Positions 1 through 11,999 of a stretch of 64,000 nt of DNA are shown piece by piece. This DNA comes from Octopus bimaculoides (taxonomy: Eukaryota). The notes beneath the pieces are model-generated. The model was not told the origin of the DNA, did not search any database, and saw only the letters and a program-made list of their open reading frames with translations. The DNA is taken from assembly GCF_001194135.2 (NCBI RefSeq), contig NC_068999.1, positions 45,523,961 through 45,587,960 of the forward strand, in the 5' to 3' direction. The translations under genes were made by a program, and so were the position numbers. Position 1 is the first letter of the stretch. Each line of letters opens with the position of its first letter.

Positions 1-48
1 AGCATGTCAAGATAAACAGCATGTCAAAATAAACAGCATGTCAAAATA
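1..48. repeat. 17-bp tandem repeat (agcatgtcaaRataaac) x~3
   Basis: Unit repeated directly from position 1; third copy truncated. Confidence 0.8.
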
Positions 49-424
49 GCTCGTAGAAGGAAAAGGTAAAAAATAAAGATGCTCTTATCTTGAGATAAGG
101 ACAATCTTATCTCAGAACAGAGTATCCCAGCTTCATTCACAAAGATCAGCAGAACTCGTTTGTTGTACCCACATGCGTACACTGTAGGGCCATCACTAAG
201 CCTCCATGGTTGATGGGCCCCATGTTAAGATTAAAGTATTTAGATGAGTCATCTATTTACTTTGGTTACGATGTTGAACAAGAATTAAACTATCCATGTT
301 AACTGAAAATTTCAAAAAATACAATGGTAATATATGCTCCAGCATGGCCACAGGCAAATGACTGACGCAAATGAAAGAATAAAAGAATACGTGCAAGCTT
401 TTTGCACACACACACACACACACA

Positions 425-456
<32 letters not shown>

Positions 457-1110
457 CACATGCACGCGCACACATATTTACATACATACATACATACATA
501 TGCACATACACACATACATACACATATAGTAACGCTTTGAAAAGCAACAAAAATTTTTTAAAAAGGCCTTTCGCTTGATCTTAATTTATGAGTATTCTNN
601 NNNNNNNNNNNNNNNNNNNNNNNNNNNNNNNNNNNNNNNNNNNNNNNNNNNNNNNNNNNNNNNNNNNNNNNNNNNNNNNNNNNNNNNNNNNNNNNNNNNN
701 NNNNNNNNNNNNNNNNNNNNNNNNNNNNNNNNNNNNNNNNNNNNNNNNNNNNNNNNNNNNNNNNNNNNNNNNNNNNNNNNNNNNNNNNNNNNNNNNNNNN
801 NNNNNNNNNNNNNNNNNNNNNNNNNNNNNNNNNNNNNNNNNNNNNNNNNNNNNNNNNNNNNNNNNNNNNNNNNNNNNNNNNNNNNNNNNNNNNNNNNNNN
901 NNNNNNNNNNNNNNNNNNNNNNNNNNNNNNNNNNNNNNNNNNNNNNNNNNNNNNNNNNNNNNNNNNNNNNNNNNNNNNNNNNNNNNNNNNNNNNNNNNNN
1001 NNNNNNNNNNNNNNNNNNNNNNNNNNNNNNNNNNNNNNNNNNNNNNNNNNNNNNNNNNNNNNNNNNNNNNNNNNNNNNNNNNNNNNNNNNNNNNNNNNTT
1101 TTTTTGTAAC

Positions 1111-1512
1111 GGGGAGTGGCTGTGTGGTAAGTCGCTTGCTTACGAACCACATGGTTCCGGGTTCAGTCCAACTGCGTAGCACCTTGGGCAAGTGCCTTCT
1201 ACTATAGCCTCGGGCCGACCAAAGCCTTGTGAGTGGATTTGGTAGACGGAAACTGAAAGAAGCCTGTCGTATATATGTATATGTATATATATGTGTGTGT
1301 TTGTGTGTCTGTGTTTGTCCCCCCAACATCGCTTGACAACCGATGCTGGTGTGTTTACGTCTCTGTAACTTAGCGGTTTGGCAAAAGGGGCCGATAGAAT
1401 AAGTACTAGGCCTACAAAGAATAAGTCCTGAGGTCGATTTGCTCGACTAAAGGCGATGCTCCAGCATGGCCGCAGTCAAATGACTGAAACAAGTAAAAGA
1501 GTAAAAGAGTAA
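1111..1512 (+). mobile_element. tRNA-derived SINE family A, full length
   Basis: Pol III A-box-like (gtggctgtgtggtaag) and B-box-like (gggttcagtccc) head; CORE-like accttgggcaagtg; internal (TA/TG)n; 3' end ccagcatggccgcagtcaaatgactgaaacaagtaaaagagtaaaagag; >20 copies in the window. Confidence 0.9.
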
Positions 1513-2018
1513 AGAGAGAGAGTATTACATTTGACAGAGTAATCTGAATGCTAAAGAGTTAAACAAATTATGAATAGTACTGCTAGTTAGTTAAATAATT
1601 AATTATACAGTTTATCTAATTGGAAATGAAGAGCTACCTAGTGTAACTAGTTATGGGAAACAGTGAATTAATTAATTAATTTATCTAATTAAACACTTTC
1701 GCTCTAAGCAAATACTGTGAATATACATCATTGACAAAGCCCAATAGCGTTGAAATGCATCTAGTGTTCTTGTGAGTTGCTTCTGGGATGAGTTTCCATC
1801 TCACTCTTATATATGTATTGCTTTTTTTTAAGTATGTGTCCATGATGACGTTTTATCTTGGACATTAACCATAGCATCATGCCTGTCAATGGTGTATATA
1901 CATCAAATATCATACATAGACGGCAACTTAACTTTAATTCAATGCTGTTTCAGTTGTGTACACTGAGTATGTGTGTATGTGTGTTTGTTCATGTGTGTAT
2001 CTGTTTCTCTCTCTCTCT

Positions 2019-2094
<76 letters not shown>

Positions 2095-2204
2095 CTTTCC
2101 AACATGCAATAGTTGTAAGCAAGTGTTGCTGTCATACAAGTTGTGTCATTTGTTTCCATTCAACATGGACCAACTATGCAGAAATATTACCTTCCTTCGA
2201 AACA

Positions 2205-2315
2205 GGTAAGGGTTGGTGACAGAAAGAGCATCCAGCTGTAGAAAATCTTCTGCAACAAATTCCATCTGACCCATGCAAGCATGGAAAAATGAATGTTAAA
2301 ATGACAATGATGAAT
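2205..2315 (+). mobile_element. SINE family D 3' fragment ((GAT)n-type tail)
   Basis: agcatccagctgtagaaaa...acccatgcaagcatggaaaa matches the 3' part of the copies at 9975 and 44062. Confidence 0.65.
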
Positions 2316-2692
2316 ATAATAAACAACAATTTCAGTACTTGTAGATTCATTTGTTGATGCAACTTCCTTGACTCACAGTCGTTTCTGCTATAAAGTGCAA
2401 TGCTCTCACGAAAGATGCAATTTGAAATAAAAACAAAAATAACAAAATAAATCGGGGTTACAACAAATAATGAATATAAATGTCCGTAATTATTTCAAAA
2501 ATCTTTTGGGATTCCTCTCAAACGTTACATACAGATCCTTCAATTAAACTGCAAAGATCTTACCAAAAATTTTAATGAAGAAATGGTAGAGATTCTAGCT
2601 ATATATATATAGCTAAACTGTCTGACGAATGGGCAATGTATATAGCTAAATATATATATAGCTAAATATATACTCTTTACTCTGTCTGGGGT

Positions 2693-2878
2693 TGCAGACA
2701 GAGACACACACACACATAAGACGGGCTTCTTTCATTTTCCATCTACCAAATCCACTCACAAGGCTTTAGTTAGCCCAAGGCTACAGTAGAAAGAACTTGT
2801 CCAAGGTGCCTCACAGTGGTACTAAACCCGGAACCATGTGATTGGGGAACAAGCTTCTTACCACACAGCTACACCTGT
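2693..2878 (-). mobile_element. SINE family A, 5' half
   Basis: Reverse complement of the family A head (ctaccaaatccactcacaaggcttt...accacacagc). Confidence 0.85.
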
Positions 2879-2906
2879 ATATAAATATATATATATATAT
2901 AAAAAA

Positions 2907-2939
<33 letters not shown>

Positions 2940-2992
2940 TATACACAACCCAATTTGTTGTAGTCATGAATTTATATTTAACATGCATACAC

Positions 2993-3036
<44 letters not shown>

Positions 3037-4237
3037 ACGTACACAAGCATACACATATAAATACACACACACACGCNNNNNNNNNNNNNNNNNNNNNNNN
3101 NNNNNNNNNNNNNNNNNNNNNNNNNNNNNNNNNNNNNNNNNNNNNNNNNNNNNNNNNNNNNNNNNNNNNNNNNNNNNNNNNNNNNNNNNNNNNNNNNNNN
3201 NNNNNNNNNNNNNNNNNNNNNNNNNNNNNNNNNNNNNNNNNNNNNNNNNNNNNNNNNNNNNNNNNNNNNNNNNNNNNNNNNNNNNNNNNNNNNNNNNNNN
3301 NNNNNNNNNNNNNNNNNNNNNNNNNNNNNNNNNNNNNNNNNNNNNNNNNNNNNNNNNNNNNNNNNNNNNNNNNNNNNNNNNNNNNNNNNNNNNNNNNNNN
3401 NNNNNNNNNNNNNNNNNNNNNNNNNNNNNNNNNNNNNNNNNNNNNNNNNNNNNNNNNNNNNNNNNNNNNNNNNNNNNNNNNNNNNNNNNNNNNNNNNNNN
3501 NNNNNNNNNNNNNNNNNNNNNNNNNNNNNNNNNNNNNNNNNNNNNNNNNNNNNNNNNNNNNNNNNNNNNNNNNNNNNNNNNNNNNNNNNNNNNNNNNNNN
3601 NNNNNNNNNNNNNNNNNNNNNNNNNNNNNNNNNNNNNNNNNNNNNNNNNNNNNNNNNNNNNNNNNNNNNNNNNNNNNNNNNNNNNNNNNNNNNNNNNNNN
3701 NNNNNNNNNNNNNNNNNNNNNNNNNNNNNNNNNNNNNNNNNNNNNNNNNNNNNNNNNNNNNNNNNNNNNNNNNNNNNNNNNNNNNNNNNNNNNNNNNNNN
3801 NNNNNNNNNNNNNNNNNNNNNNNNNNNNNNNNNNNNNNNNNNNNNNNNNNNNNNNNNNNNNNNNNNNNNNNNNNNNNNNNNNNNNNNNNNNNNNNNNNNN
3901 NNNNNNNNNNNNNNNNNNNTATATGTCCATATGCATACATATATATATGTACATATAGACATATATGTATGTATATATCTGTGTATGTACATATATATAT
4001 AATATATAATGTATATATATATATATATATATATACATATATATGAGAGTGAGAAAGAGAGAGTGAGAGAGAGAGATAGAGAGAGAGTAAAAGTGAGTGA
4101 GAAGAAAATGATGATAAATACAAGATGCACTTTATACCATTTATTCTCTATTCGATATATGTATGTATGTATATATGTATATATGTATGTATGTATATAT
4201 GTATGTATGTATGTATATATGTATGTATGTATATATG

Positions 4238-4271
<34 letters not shown>

Positions 4272-4699
4272 TGTATGTATGCATGTATACAGATATATGT
4301 ATATATATATATATATGTATGTATATATATATGTGTATGTGTGTATGTATACACCCAAACACACATGCATATACACAGAACAATTGGTCATTATTTTATA
4401 AGTTAGAAAAGTAATTAACTGTTTGTTTATTTATTTTATTAATTAAAAGGTAATTGTGTGAATGTTAAGTTTTTTTGTTTGGAGTTTGTATCAATCAGTA
4501 ATCACATGTTCACCGTTTGTGGAACATCTGGCATTCAGATTATTTTAGAAAAATCTAAAGGAAGGCTTTGAATTATAATAAAGCTAAGTCAGATTAGAGA
4601 CCTGGATCCAGTTTATACTAGTAAACTGGATCCAGTTATTAGCCAGATTATTTTAATATAAGTTAATCTGTAAAAGTCTGCTTTTTTTCAAAATCTTTT

Positions 4700-4988
4700 A
4701 TGCTTGTTTCAGTCATTATACTGTGACCATGCTGCAGCACCACCATAAAGAATTTTTAATTGAATGAATCGACCTCCATATTTCTTTTTTGAAGTACCTG
4801 TACTTATTCTATTAGTCTCTTTTGCTGACCTGCTAAGTTACATTTTCTATCTACCAAATCCACTCACAAGGCTTTAGTCGGCCTGAGGCTAAAATAGAAG
4901 ACACTTGCCCAAGGAGCCACACCATGAGATTGAACCCAGAACCATGTGGTTGGGAAGCAAGCTCCTTACTACACATTCATGCCTGCAT
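4700..4988 (-). mobile_element. SINE family A, internally deleted
   Basis: Reverse complement of both tail and head of family A, without the internal microsatellite region. Confidence 0.8.
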
Positions 4989-5204
4989 CTATTTGTCAGT
5001 AAAAGAATCATTAAGCCATGAGTAAATTTGTTTTAATCATTTAGCTGTGAAATTAAATTTCATAATTATTACAATAATCCTTTCTACTCTAGACACAAGT
5101 CCAATCACAGGCCTGAAATTTGAGGGGTGGGTGTTGATTGCAGTAGTCCCCAGTATGTGACTGGTATACTTCATTTTATCAATCTTGAAAAGATGAAAGG
5201 CAAA

Positions 5205-5715
5205 GTCTTTCACCCTTTCGACTCATAGACACCCTTTTGAATCTAACATACACTTCTGACTCTGATATTCTCTTTTGATTCTTCAACAGCTTTTGACTCT
5301 TAGATATTCTTTCAACACTTAACCACCCTTTTGAATCAGACATGCACTTTTGACTCTGACATACACTTACAACTGTGACATGCACTTTTGACTTTGACAC
5401 ACTTTTGCCTATTAGACATCCTTATGACTCTTAGACACCCTTTCGACTCTTAGACAACCTTTTGAATCAGACGTACTTTTGACTCTGATAAACACATTCA
5501 ACTGTGACAGGCATTTTTGTCTCTGACACACGTTTGCCCTTTCGACTCTGACATTCCCTTTGATTCTTCAACAGCCTTTTGACTCTTAGACACTCTTTCG
5601 ACTCTTAGACACCCTTTTGTATCTGACATACACTTCTGACTCTGACACTCTTTCGACTCTTCAACAGCCTTTTGACTCTTAGGCACTCTTTCGACTCTCC
5701 TACCCTTTGACCTAC
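5205..5715. repeat. Degenerate minisatellite, ~19-20-bp ttttgactct(ta/ga)gaca core
   Basis: Recurrent ctttYgactctYagacac / ttttgaatcWgacatacact units; the ORFs here are repeat translations. Confidence 0.85.
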
Positions 5716-6224
5716 TGGCACATCTAGTACATGACATCTGGAGGGAGAGAGAGCGAAGCGAGCTGCACCAGCACTTGGCTGGTACACGTTTTCCAGCTGA
5801 GCCAACCCGAACAATATGCCATACAGTGAGACTGAACCGAATATCACCTGGTTGTGAAACAAACTTCTTAACCACACAGCCAGGTCTATTCTATGCCACT
5901 GGGGTGGAATGGTTGGTGTGGGGCAAAAATGTTGAGCTTTGCTAAAAAAATTAGATTCCAACCTCTACACAGATAAAAGGAAACAGATATATATTATTAC
6001 AGTGCAGTTTTTGTTGTATTGTTTATCTTGGTTGTTCGCTCTATAACCATTCCAGTGAATGGTTATTAACGCTGTACAGTAACAACAACAACATCAGCCA
6101 CAACTGTGTTTTTATTGAGTGTTTATTTGTCAGAAGGTGGTTTGTTTGGGAAAACTAGAAAGCTATATTTTCAATTTCGCTTTATGGTGGCAATACATAC
6201 ATTGTCGTGTATGCATGCGTGTGT

Positions 6225-6503
6225 ACATGTGTGTATGTGTATGTGTGTGTATGTTAGAGTATGTGTATGTGTCAGTTTATATATATGCATATACATATAT
6301 ATATATATATATATACGTGAAATATATATATATGTATATATATATCTATATATATGTATATATATACATATATATATATATATATACGTGAAATATATAT
6401 ATATGTATATATATATCTATATATATGTATATATATACATATATATATACATACATACATACATACATACATACATACATACATACATACATACATACAT
6501 ACA

Positions 6504-6550
<47 letters not shown>

Positions 6551-6614
6551 CTATATTCATATAGATATATATATGTATGTATGTATATATGTATGTATAC
6601 ACACACATATATAT

Positions 6615-6685
<71 letters not shown>

Positions 6686-6724
6686 AATGTATATACATAC
6701 ACACACATATATATATATATGCAT

Positions 6725-6758
<34 letters not shown>

Positions 6759-6922
6759 ATATACTTACATATAGATATATATACATATACACACATATAC
6801 ATACATAAATATAAATACACACACACACACACACGCATATAGATATATATATACATAAATATATACACACATATATATGTGTATGTGTATATATATGTGT
6901 GTGTGTATATATATATAAACCT

Positions 6923-6988
<66 letters not shown>

Positions 6989-7010
6989 GTACGCACACAT
7001 ATATGGGTGT
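6225..7010. repeat. Compound (TA)n/(TACA)n/(CA)n microsatellite
   Basis: Directly visible low-complexity dinucleotide and tetranucleotide arrays. Confidence 0.95.
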
Positions 7011-7282
7011 GTGCATTTATGTTCCTGTGTGTTTATATAAATAGACACAAAAGAATACTGATAAACTCACCATCTCTACTTTGCATTCATGTAACAAGAG
7101 TTTGTTTATTGAAATAAAATGAGGAAGTCGATGAATTTTAGTTTAAATTGGAAATTCTTTTCCTTTTTTAAAAGAACCTGGTTGAACAGTTTCACCCACC
7201 CATCCACCCACCCCACTTTCAACTCTGCTTCTCTTTTCTCTTTCTCTCTCTCTCTCCCTTCAACTCACGTACTTAACAAATA

Positions 7283-7314
<32 letters not shown>

Positions 7315-7362
7315 CCAAACACATATACACACAGGTATATATAGACATATGTATATATACAT

Positions 7363-7393
<31 letters not shown>

Positions 7394-7667
7394 CATATAC
7401 ACATACATAGGTATAGATATTGATAATACATACATACATAAGTACATGCATATATATATATATATAAAACATATACATATACACATATATATACATATGT
7501 ATAGATATTGATATATATAAAACATATATACTCACACATTATATACAAAACACAGAACAGTTGTACTTACTGAGAAGTACACTACTGCATTATTTATTTA
7601 CTTATCTATATTATCATATTTCTTTGTTTATATATGTATATATACATACATACATACATATATACAT

Positions 7668-7718
<51 letters not shown>

Positions 7719-8127
7719 CATACACATACACATAGATCTATATATATATATCATCATCATCATCATCATCGTTTAACGTCCGCTTTCCATGCTAGCATGG
7801 GTTGGACGATTTGACTGAGGACTGGTGCAACCGGATGGCTACACCAGGCTCATACACATATACATACACATATACATACACATATACATACACACATTTG
7901 AAGTTACAAGCAATGTTGTGTTGAGATATGTAGAAAATCTATTTTGGCAGCATTATTACAAAGCTTCAGAAGAATGACTTCATTGTTTTAAGGTAAAAGC
8001 TTAATATAAATTTGAGGAAATAGTGTTGGAAGAACATCATTATAATAATAATGTCTCGTTGGCAAGACATGAAAAACAAAAGTCTCTCTATTAGAACCAA
8101 CAGGTTGAAGTCGCCAGTCTTTGAAAT

Positions 8128-8225
8128 TTAATTCCGTTGGCCTTTTTTTCTTTGATTAATGGCGGTGGCGCTGTTAATGGTGTAGTAAATGTTTGGGCGT
8201 TTTGTTGAATTCCAATGTTTGGTTG
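8128..8225 (-). CDS. Candidate terminal coding exon of the putative minus-strand gene
   Basis: Acceptor attcttctcttcattacaaacag|CAACC; no good internal donor. Phase 1 reads (T)TKHWNSTKRPNIYYTINSATAINQRKKGQRN*; phase 0 is open to 8091 (QPNIGIQQ...TCWF*). CpG-containing unique island. Confidence 0.25.
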
Positions 8226-8289
8226 CTGTTTGTAATGAAGAGAAGAATATAGTCTCTTAAATCTCTGTCGTCTTTGGCCTGTCTTCTGT

Positions 8290-8685
8290 CATTGCACAGC
8301 GGCCATGCTGGAGCAGTGTGTGGAAGGGTTTAACTTGAACGAACCAATTCCAGTGTTTATTTTGCTTTGAAGCCTCGCACTTATTATATTGATCTCTCTT
8401 TTGCTGATCCGCTAAGTTATGGAGACATAAACAAACCACCATCAGTGGTCAAGCAATCGTGGGGGACAAAGACACAATCACACACACACACACACATCAC
8501 ACACACACACATCACACACACATATATGATGGGCTTCTTTCAGTTTCCATCTACCAAATCCACTCACAAAGCTTTGGTTGGCTTAGGGCTATTGTCAAAG
8601 ACCCTTCCAAAGGTACTGTAGCATGGGACTGAACCCAGGATCACATATGTGTGAAGCAATCTTCTTACCACACAGCCATGCCTGC
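8290..8685 (-). mobile_element. SINE family A, near full length
   Basis: Reverse complement of the family A tail, internal (CA)n and head. Confidence 0.85.
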
Positions 8686-8904
8686 AATTGTGACACACAG
8701 ACAGACTAACGTTCTTTGGTAAAATTGTAATTAAATAGAAATAGAAAAAGAATAAAAATTCTTGCTATTCTGTTGTTTAACCTTAGCTCAATCCTGGCAG
8801 TAAGTATTTTATTGCAAAATAAATATTTATAAGATGGTAGAAGACTCTAAAAGAATATATTAGAATGTACAAGACTTTAAAAATCTTTATAAGAAGCGTT
8901 GAAA

Positions 8905-9010
8905 GTGTCGTCCTTCATTTTCAATACATAAGTGATTCTTCTTACACCTGTTTTGAAATATATCTCAGAGAAAAAAATTCAATGTGGAGAGACTTTTTGA
9001 ACACCCTGTA
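8905..9010 (-). mobile_element. Tc1/mariner-type terminal fragment
   Basis: Ends ...gagactttttgaacaccctgTA, the reverse complement of a TA-cagggtgttcaaaaagtc terminus typical of Tc1/mariner TIRs. Confidence 0.5.
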
Positions 9011-9100
9011 GAAGTAGTATTTGGTTGCTATTTCTAGCAGTTTCAGCAGCTACGGAGCGGTAGTTTTTGTCAGTATCATTACTATATGTATTTTACATAC

Positions 9101-9154
9101 TTTGCATAGTGTGAAATAGATTTAACAGTTTGATCCCTTCATGTCGTCTTATCT
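9101..9154 (-). CDS. Candidate 54-nt exon, phase 1-1 (E)IRRHEGIKLLNLFHTMQ
   Basis: ctaatcaatattagttccacag|AGATAAG...ATGCAAA|gtatgt; only one of three frames is open; length is a multiple of 3. Confidence 0.4.
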
Positions 9155-9396
9155 CTGTGGAACTAATATTGATTAGAAAAATTGGCTTAATTGATTTATT
9201 TCAGCTCTGATATTTTCATTGTTTGCTAATTAAAGCTATTGATATTAGAAGGGAGTCGTTAAAATACACAAATACGTAAGGATATGGTGCAGCTCATTCT
9301 TATTTGCATGTTGTTTATTTTATTTCATTTTATTTCATATTTATTTGTGAGATTTCACATAAATAATGGTTTTTAAAATATGTTTTGATAATAATA

Positions 9397-9444
<48 letters not shown>

Positions 9445-9974
9445 TATATGATGAAGATGATGATGATGATATATTTAATATATATGTANNNNNNNNNNNN
9501 NNNNNNNNNNNNNNNNNNNNNNNNNNNNNNNNNNNNNNNNNNNNNNNNNNNNNNNNNNNNNNNNNNNNNNNNNNNNNNNNNNNNNNNNNNNNNNNNNNNN
9601 NNNNNNNNNNNNNNNNNNNNNNNNNNNNNNNNNNNNNNNNNNNNNNNNNNNNNNNNNNNNNNNNNNNNNNNNNNNNNNNNNNNNNNNNNNNNNNNNNNNN
9701 NNNNNNNNNNNNNNNNNNNNNNNNNNNNNNNNNNNNNNNNNNNNNNNNNNNNNNNNNNNNNNNNNNNNNNNNNNNNNNNNNNNNNNNNNNNNNNNNNNNN
9801 NNNNNNNNNNNNNNNNNNNNNNNNNNNNNNNNNNNNNNNNNNNNNNNNNNNNNNNNNNNNNNNNNNNNNNNNNNNNNNNNNNNNNNNNNNNNNNNNNNNN
9901 NNNNNNNNNNNNNNNNNNNNNNNNNNNNNNNNNNNNNNNNNNNNNNNNNNNNNNNNNNNTATATATATATGATT

Positions 9975-10272
9975 ATGAAGTGAAGAACAGGTCCGCCTGA
10001 CTGGCTCCCATGCCAGTGGCACGCAAAAACCACCAACCGAACATGGCTGATACCAGTACGCCCCCCCCCCCAGACCGGCTCCTGTGCCAGTGACATGTAA
10101 AAAGCAGCCACTACACTCTCAGAGTGGTTGGCGTCAGGAAGGGCATCCAGCTGTAGAAACATTGCCAGATCAGATTGGAGCCTGTGCAGCCGCTGGCTCT
10201 CCAGACCTCTAGTCAAACCGTCCAACCCATGCCAGCATGGAAAACAGGCGTTAAACGACTATGATGATGATT
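9975..10272 (+). mobile_element. SINE family D with (GAT)n tail
   Basis: gagtggttggcgtcaggaagggcatccagctgtagaaac...ccatgccagcatggaaaacaggcgttaaacgactatgatgatg; same family as 44062 and 20805. Confidence 0.85.
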
Positions 10273-10274
10273 GC

Positions 10275-10618
10275 GAAAGGATGAAAGGCAAAGTTGTAGT
10301 TGACAGAATTTGAACTCCAAATGTGAAGATGGACAAAATGCGACTGAGCATTTCTTCCCAATGTGTAAAACAATTCTGCTAGCCTACTGCCGTTATAATA
10401 ATAATAATGGTTTCAAATTTTAGCATATGGCCAGCAATATCAGCGGAGGGGGGGGGCAAGCTGATTACATCAACCCCAGTCCATAACTGGTACTTATTTT
10501 ATTGACACCCTGCTCCACCGAAAGGATGGAAAAAGCAAAGTCAACCTTGGTGGAATTTGAACTCAATTGCCAATGCTGCTGAGCATTCTAATGTTTCTAC
10601 CAGCTTGCCGCCTGAATG

Positions 10619-10653
<35 letters not shown>

Positions 10654-10689
10654 TATAATCATAGATAATATTAGGACTGTTGTGACTCC

Positions 10690-10721
<32 letters not shown>

Positions 10722-10925
10722 GATTCAAATTTTGGCACAAGGCCAGCAATATCAGGGGAGGAAGGTAAGTTGATTACATCAAGCTCAGTGTGTAACTGGT
10801 ACTTAATTTGTCGACCCTGAAAGGATGAAAGGCAAAGTTGACTCTGGCAGAATTTGAACTCAGAACGTAAAGACAGACAAAACACTGCTAAGCATTTCGC
10901 ACGGATTCTGCCAGCTCACCACCTT
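10275..10925 (-). mobile_element. Chain of three SINE family B copies separated by (TAA)n
   Basis: Copies at ~10275-10395, 10409-10615 and 10721-10925, each the reverse complement of ggtgagctggcagaatc...gagttcaaattc...gcctttcatcctttc...aaatttgaaacc. Confidence 0.85.
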
Positions 10926-11160
10926 AATAATAATAAGAAGAAGAAGAAGAAGAAGCACACAAAGTGGAGGAGGAGGAGACGAAGAAGAAGAAGAAGAAAA
11001 AGAAGAAGAAGAAAAAGAAGAAGAAGAAAAAGAAGAAGAAGAAAGATGTAGAATAACATGAAGTGGAGGAGGAGGAGATGAAGAAGAAGAAGAAGAAAGA
11101 TGTAGAAGAACACGAAGTGGAGGAGGAGGAGACGAAGAAGAAGAAGAAAGAAAGAGCTTG
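10926..11160. repeat. (GAA)n/(GGA)n purine-rich repeat with ~60-bp internal duplication
   Basis: aagtggaggaggaga(c/t)gaagaagaag recurs three times. Confidence 0.85.
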
Positions 11161-11750
11161 TTGTATAGTGTGGTCAGGTACGCTACCACTTGTTGGAAAA
11201 GGTTAAATGATGAGATAGAAACCATAAGTCAAGTAAAGAAAGACAGCAATGGAAGCTGGAAATACATGCACAGTACACAGAATAAAGCACAAAATGATAG
11301 AACAGTGAATGGTCATAGAGCCATGAAGAGGAATAGGTGCTGCATAGGTATGGTGTTTTTGAAGGAAGCAGCGTGTCCTGACAGCTAACGACCGATGCGA
11401 GTAATTTATTACATACAATAAATTCTGAGCAACATTATTATTTGACAACATCATAGGTTAACCGGAAGAGAAAAAAAAAAAAAAAGAAAAGGCAAAAAAA
11501 AAAATTAATTAATATAGAATACAAAATGATTCACTTAGTGACCTAATAAGGAACTGTGTGCTGTCTTGTTCGGTTTAATGAGTGGTCTAATGATATACTT
11601 GAGAGAAACCTGTTTTAATTAGAATTAAGTTATTTTTATTTAATCAATATGTTTGAATGATTGCTTCTCTTGCTTGTATATAAAGTATGTTGGTTATTCG
11701 GTATTCTGTCTGTGTCTTAGAATATAATGAGATTATATCAGTGGAAATAC

Positions 11751-11775
11751 CAAAGTTCTTCACCGTTCTGGGAAC
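11751..11775 (-). CDS. Candidate 25-nt microexon VPRTVKNF(E)
   Basis: ttagtttttactctttgacag|GTTCCCAGAACGGTGAAGAACTTTG|gtattt; good acceptor, weak donor (an alternative weak donor gives 12 nt). Confidence 0.3.
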
Positions 11776-11999
11776 CTGTCAAAGAGTAAAAACTAATATT
11801 AAGTCTTTTCAAAACATGAAACAACTAAAATTCCAAGGAAGCCTTCCGTTTCTTCTTACAGTCTGTTTATTACAAATAGTAGGAGTGGTGGCAATGGTGG
11901 TGCTGGTGGTGGCAGTGGCGGTGACGGTAATGGTGGTGACAGCAGTGGTAACAACAGCAGTGGTAACAACAGCAGTGGTGGTGGCGGTGGTAATAATGG

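Noticed and set aside
1-48. p53-like CATG repeats, or a CRISPR-like reading of this and other short repeats
   Set aside because: Imperfect RRRCWWGYYY match; contiguous tandem units with no unique spacers, no cas genes, eukaryotic context
11751-11775. VPRTVKNF resemblance to the cyclophilin VPKTxENF motif
   Set aside because: Only 8 residues; no other cyclophilin motifs in flanking sequence or other candidate exons
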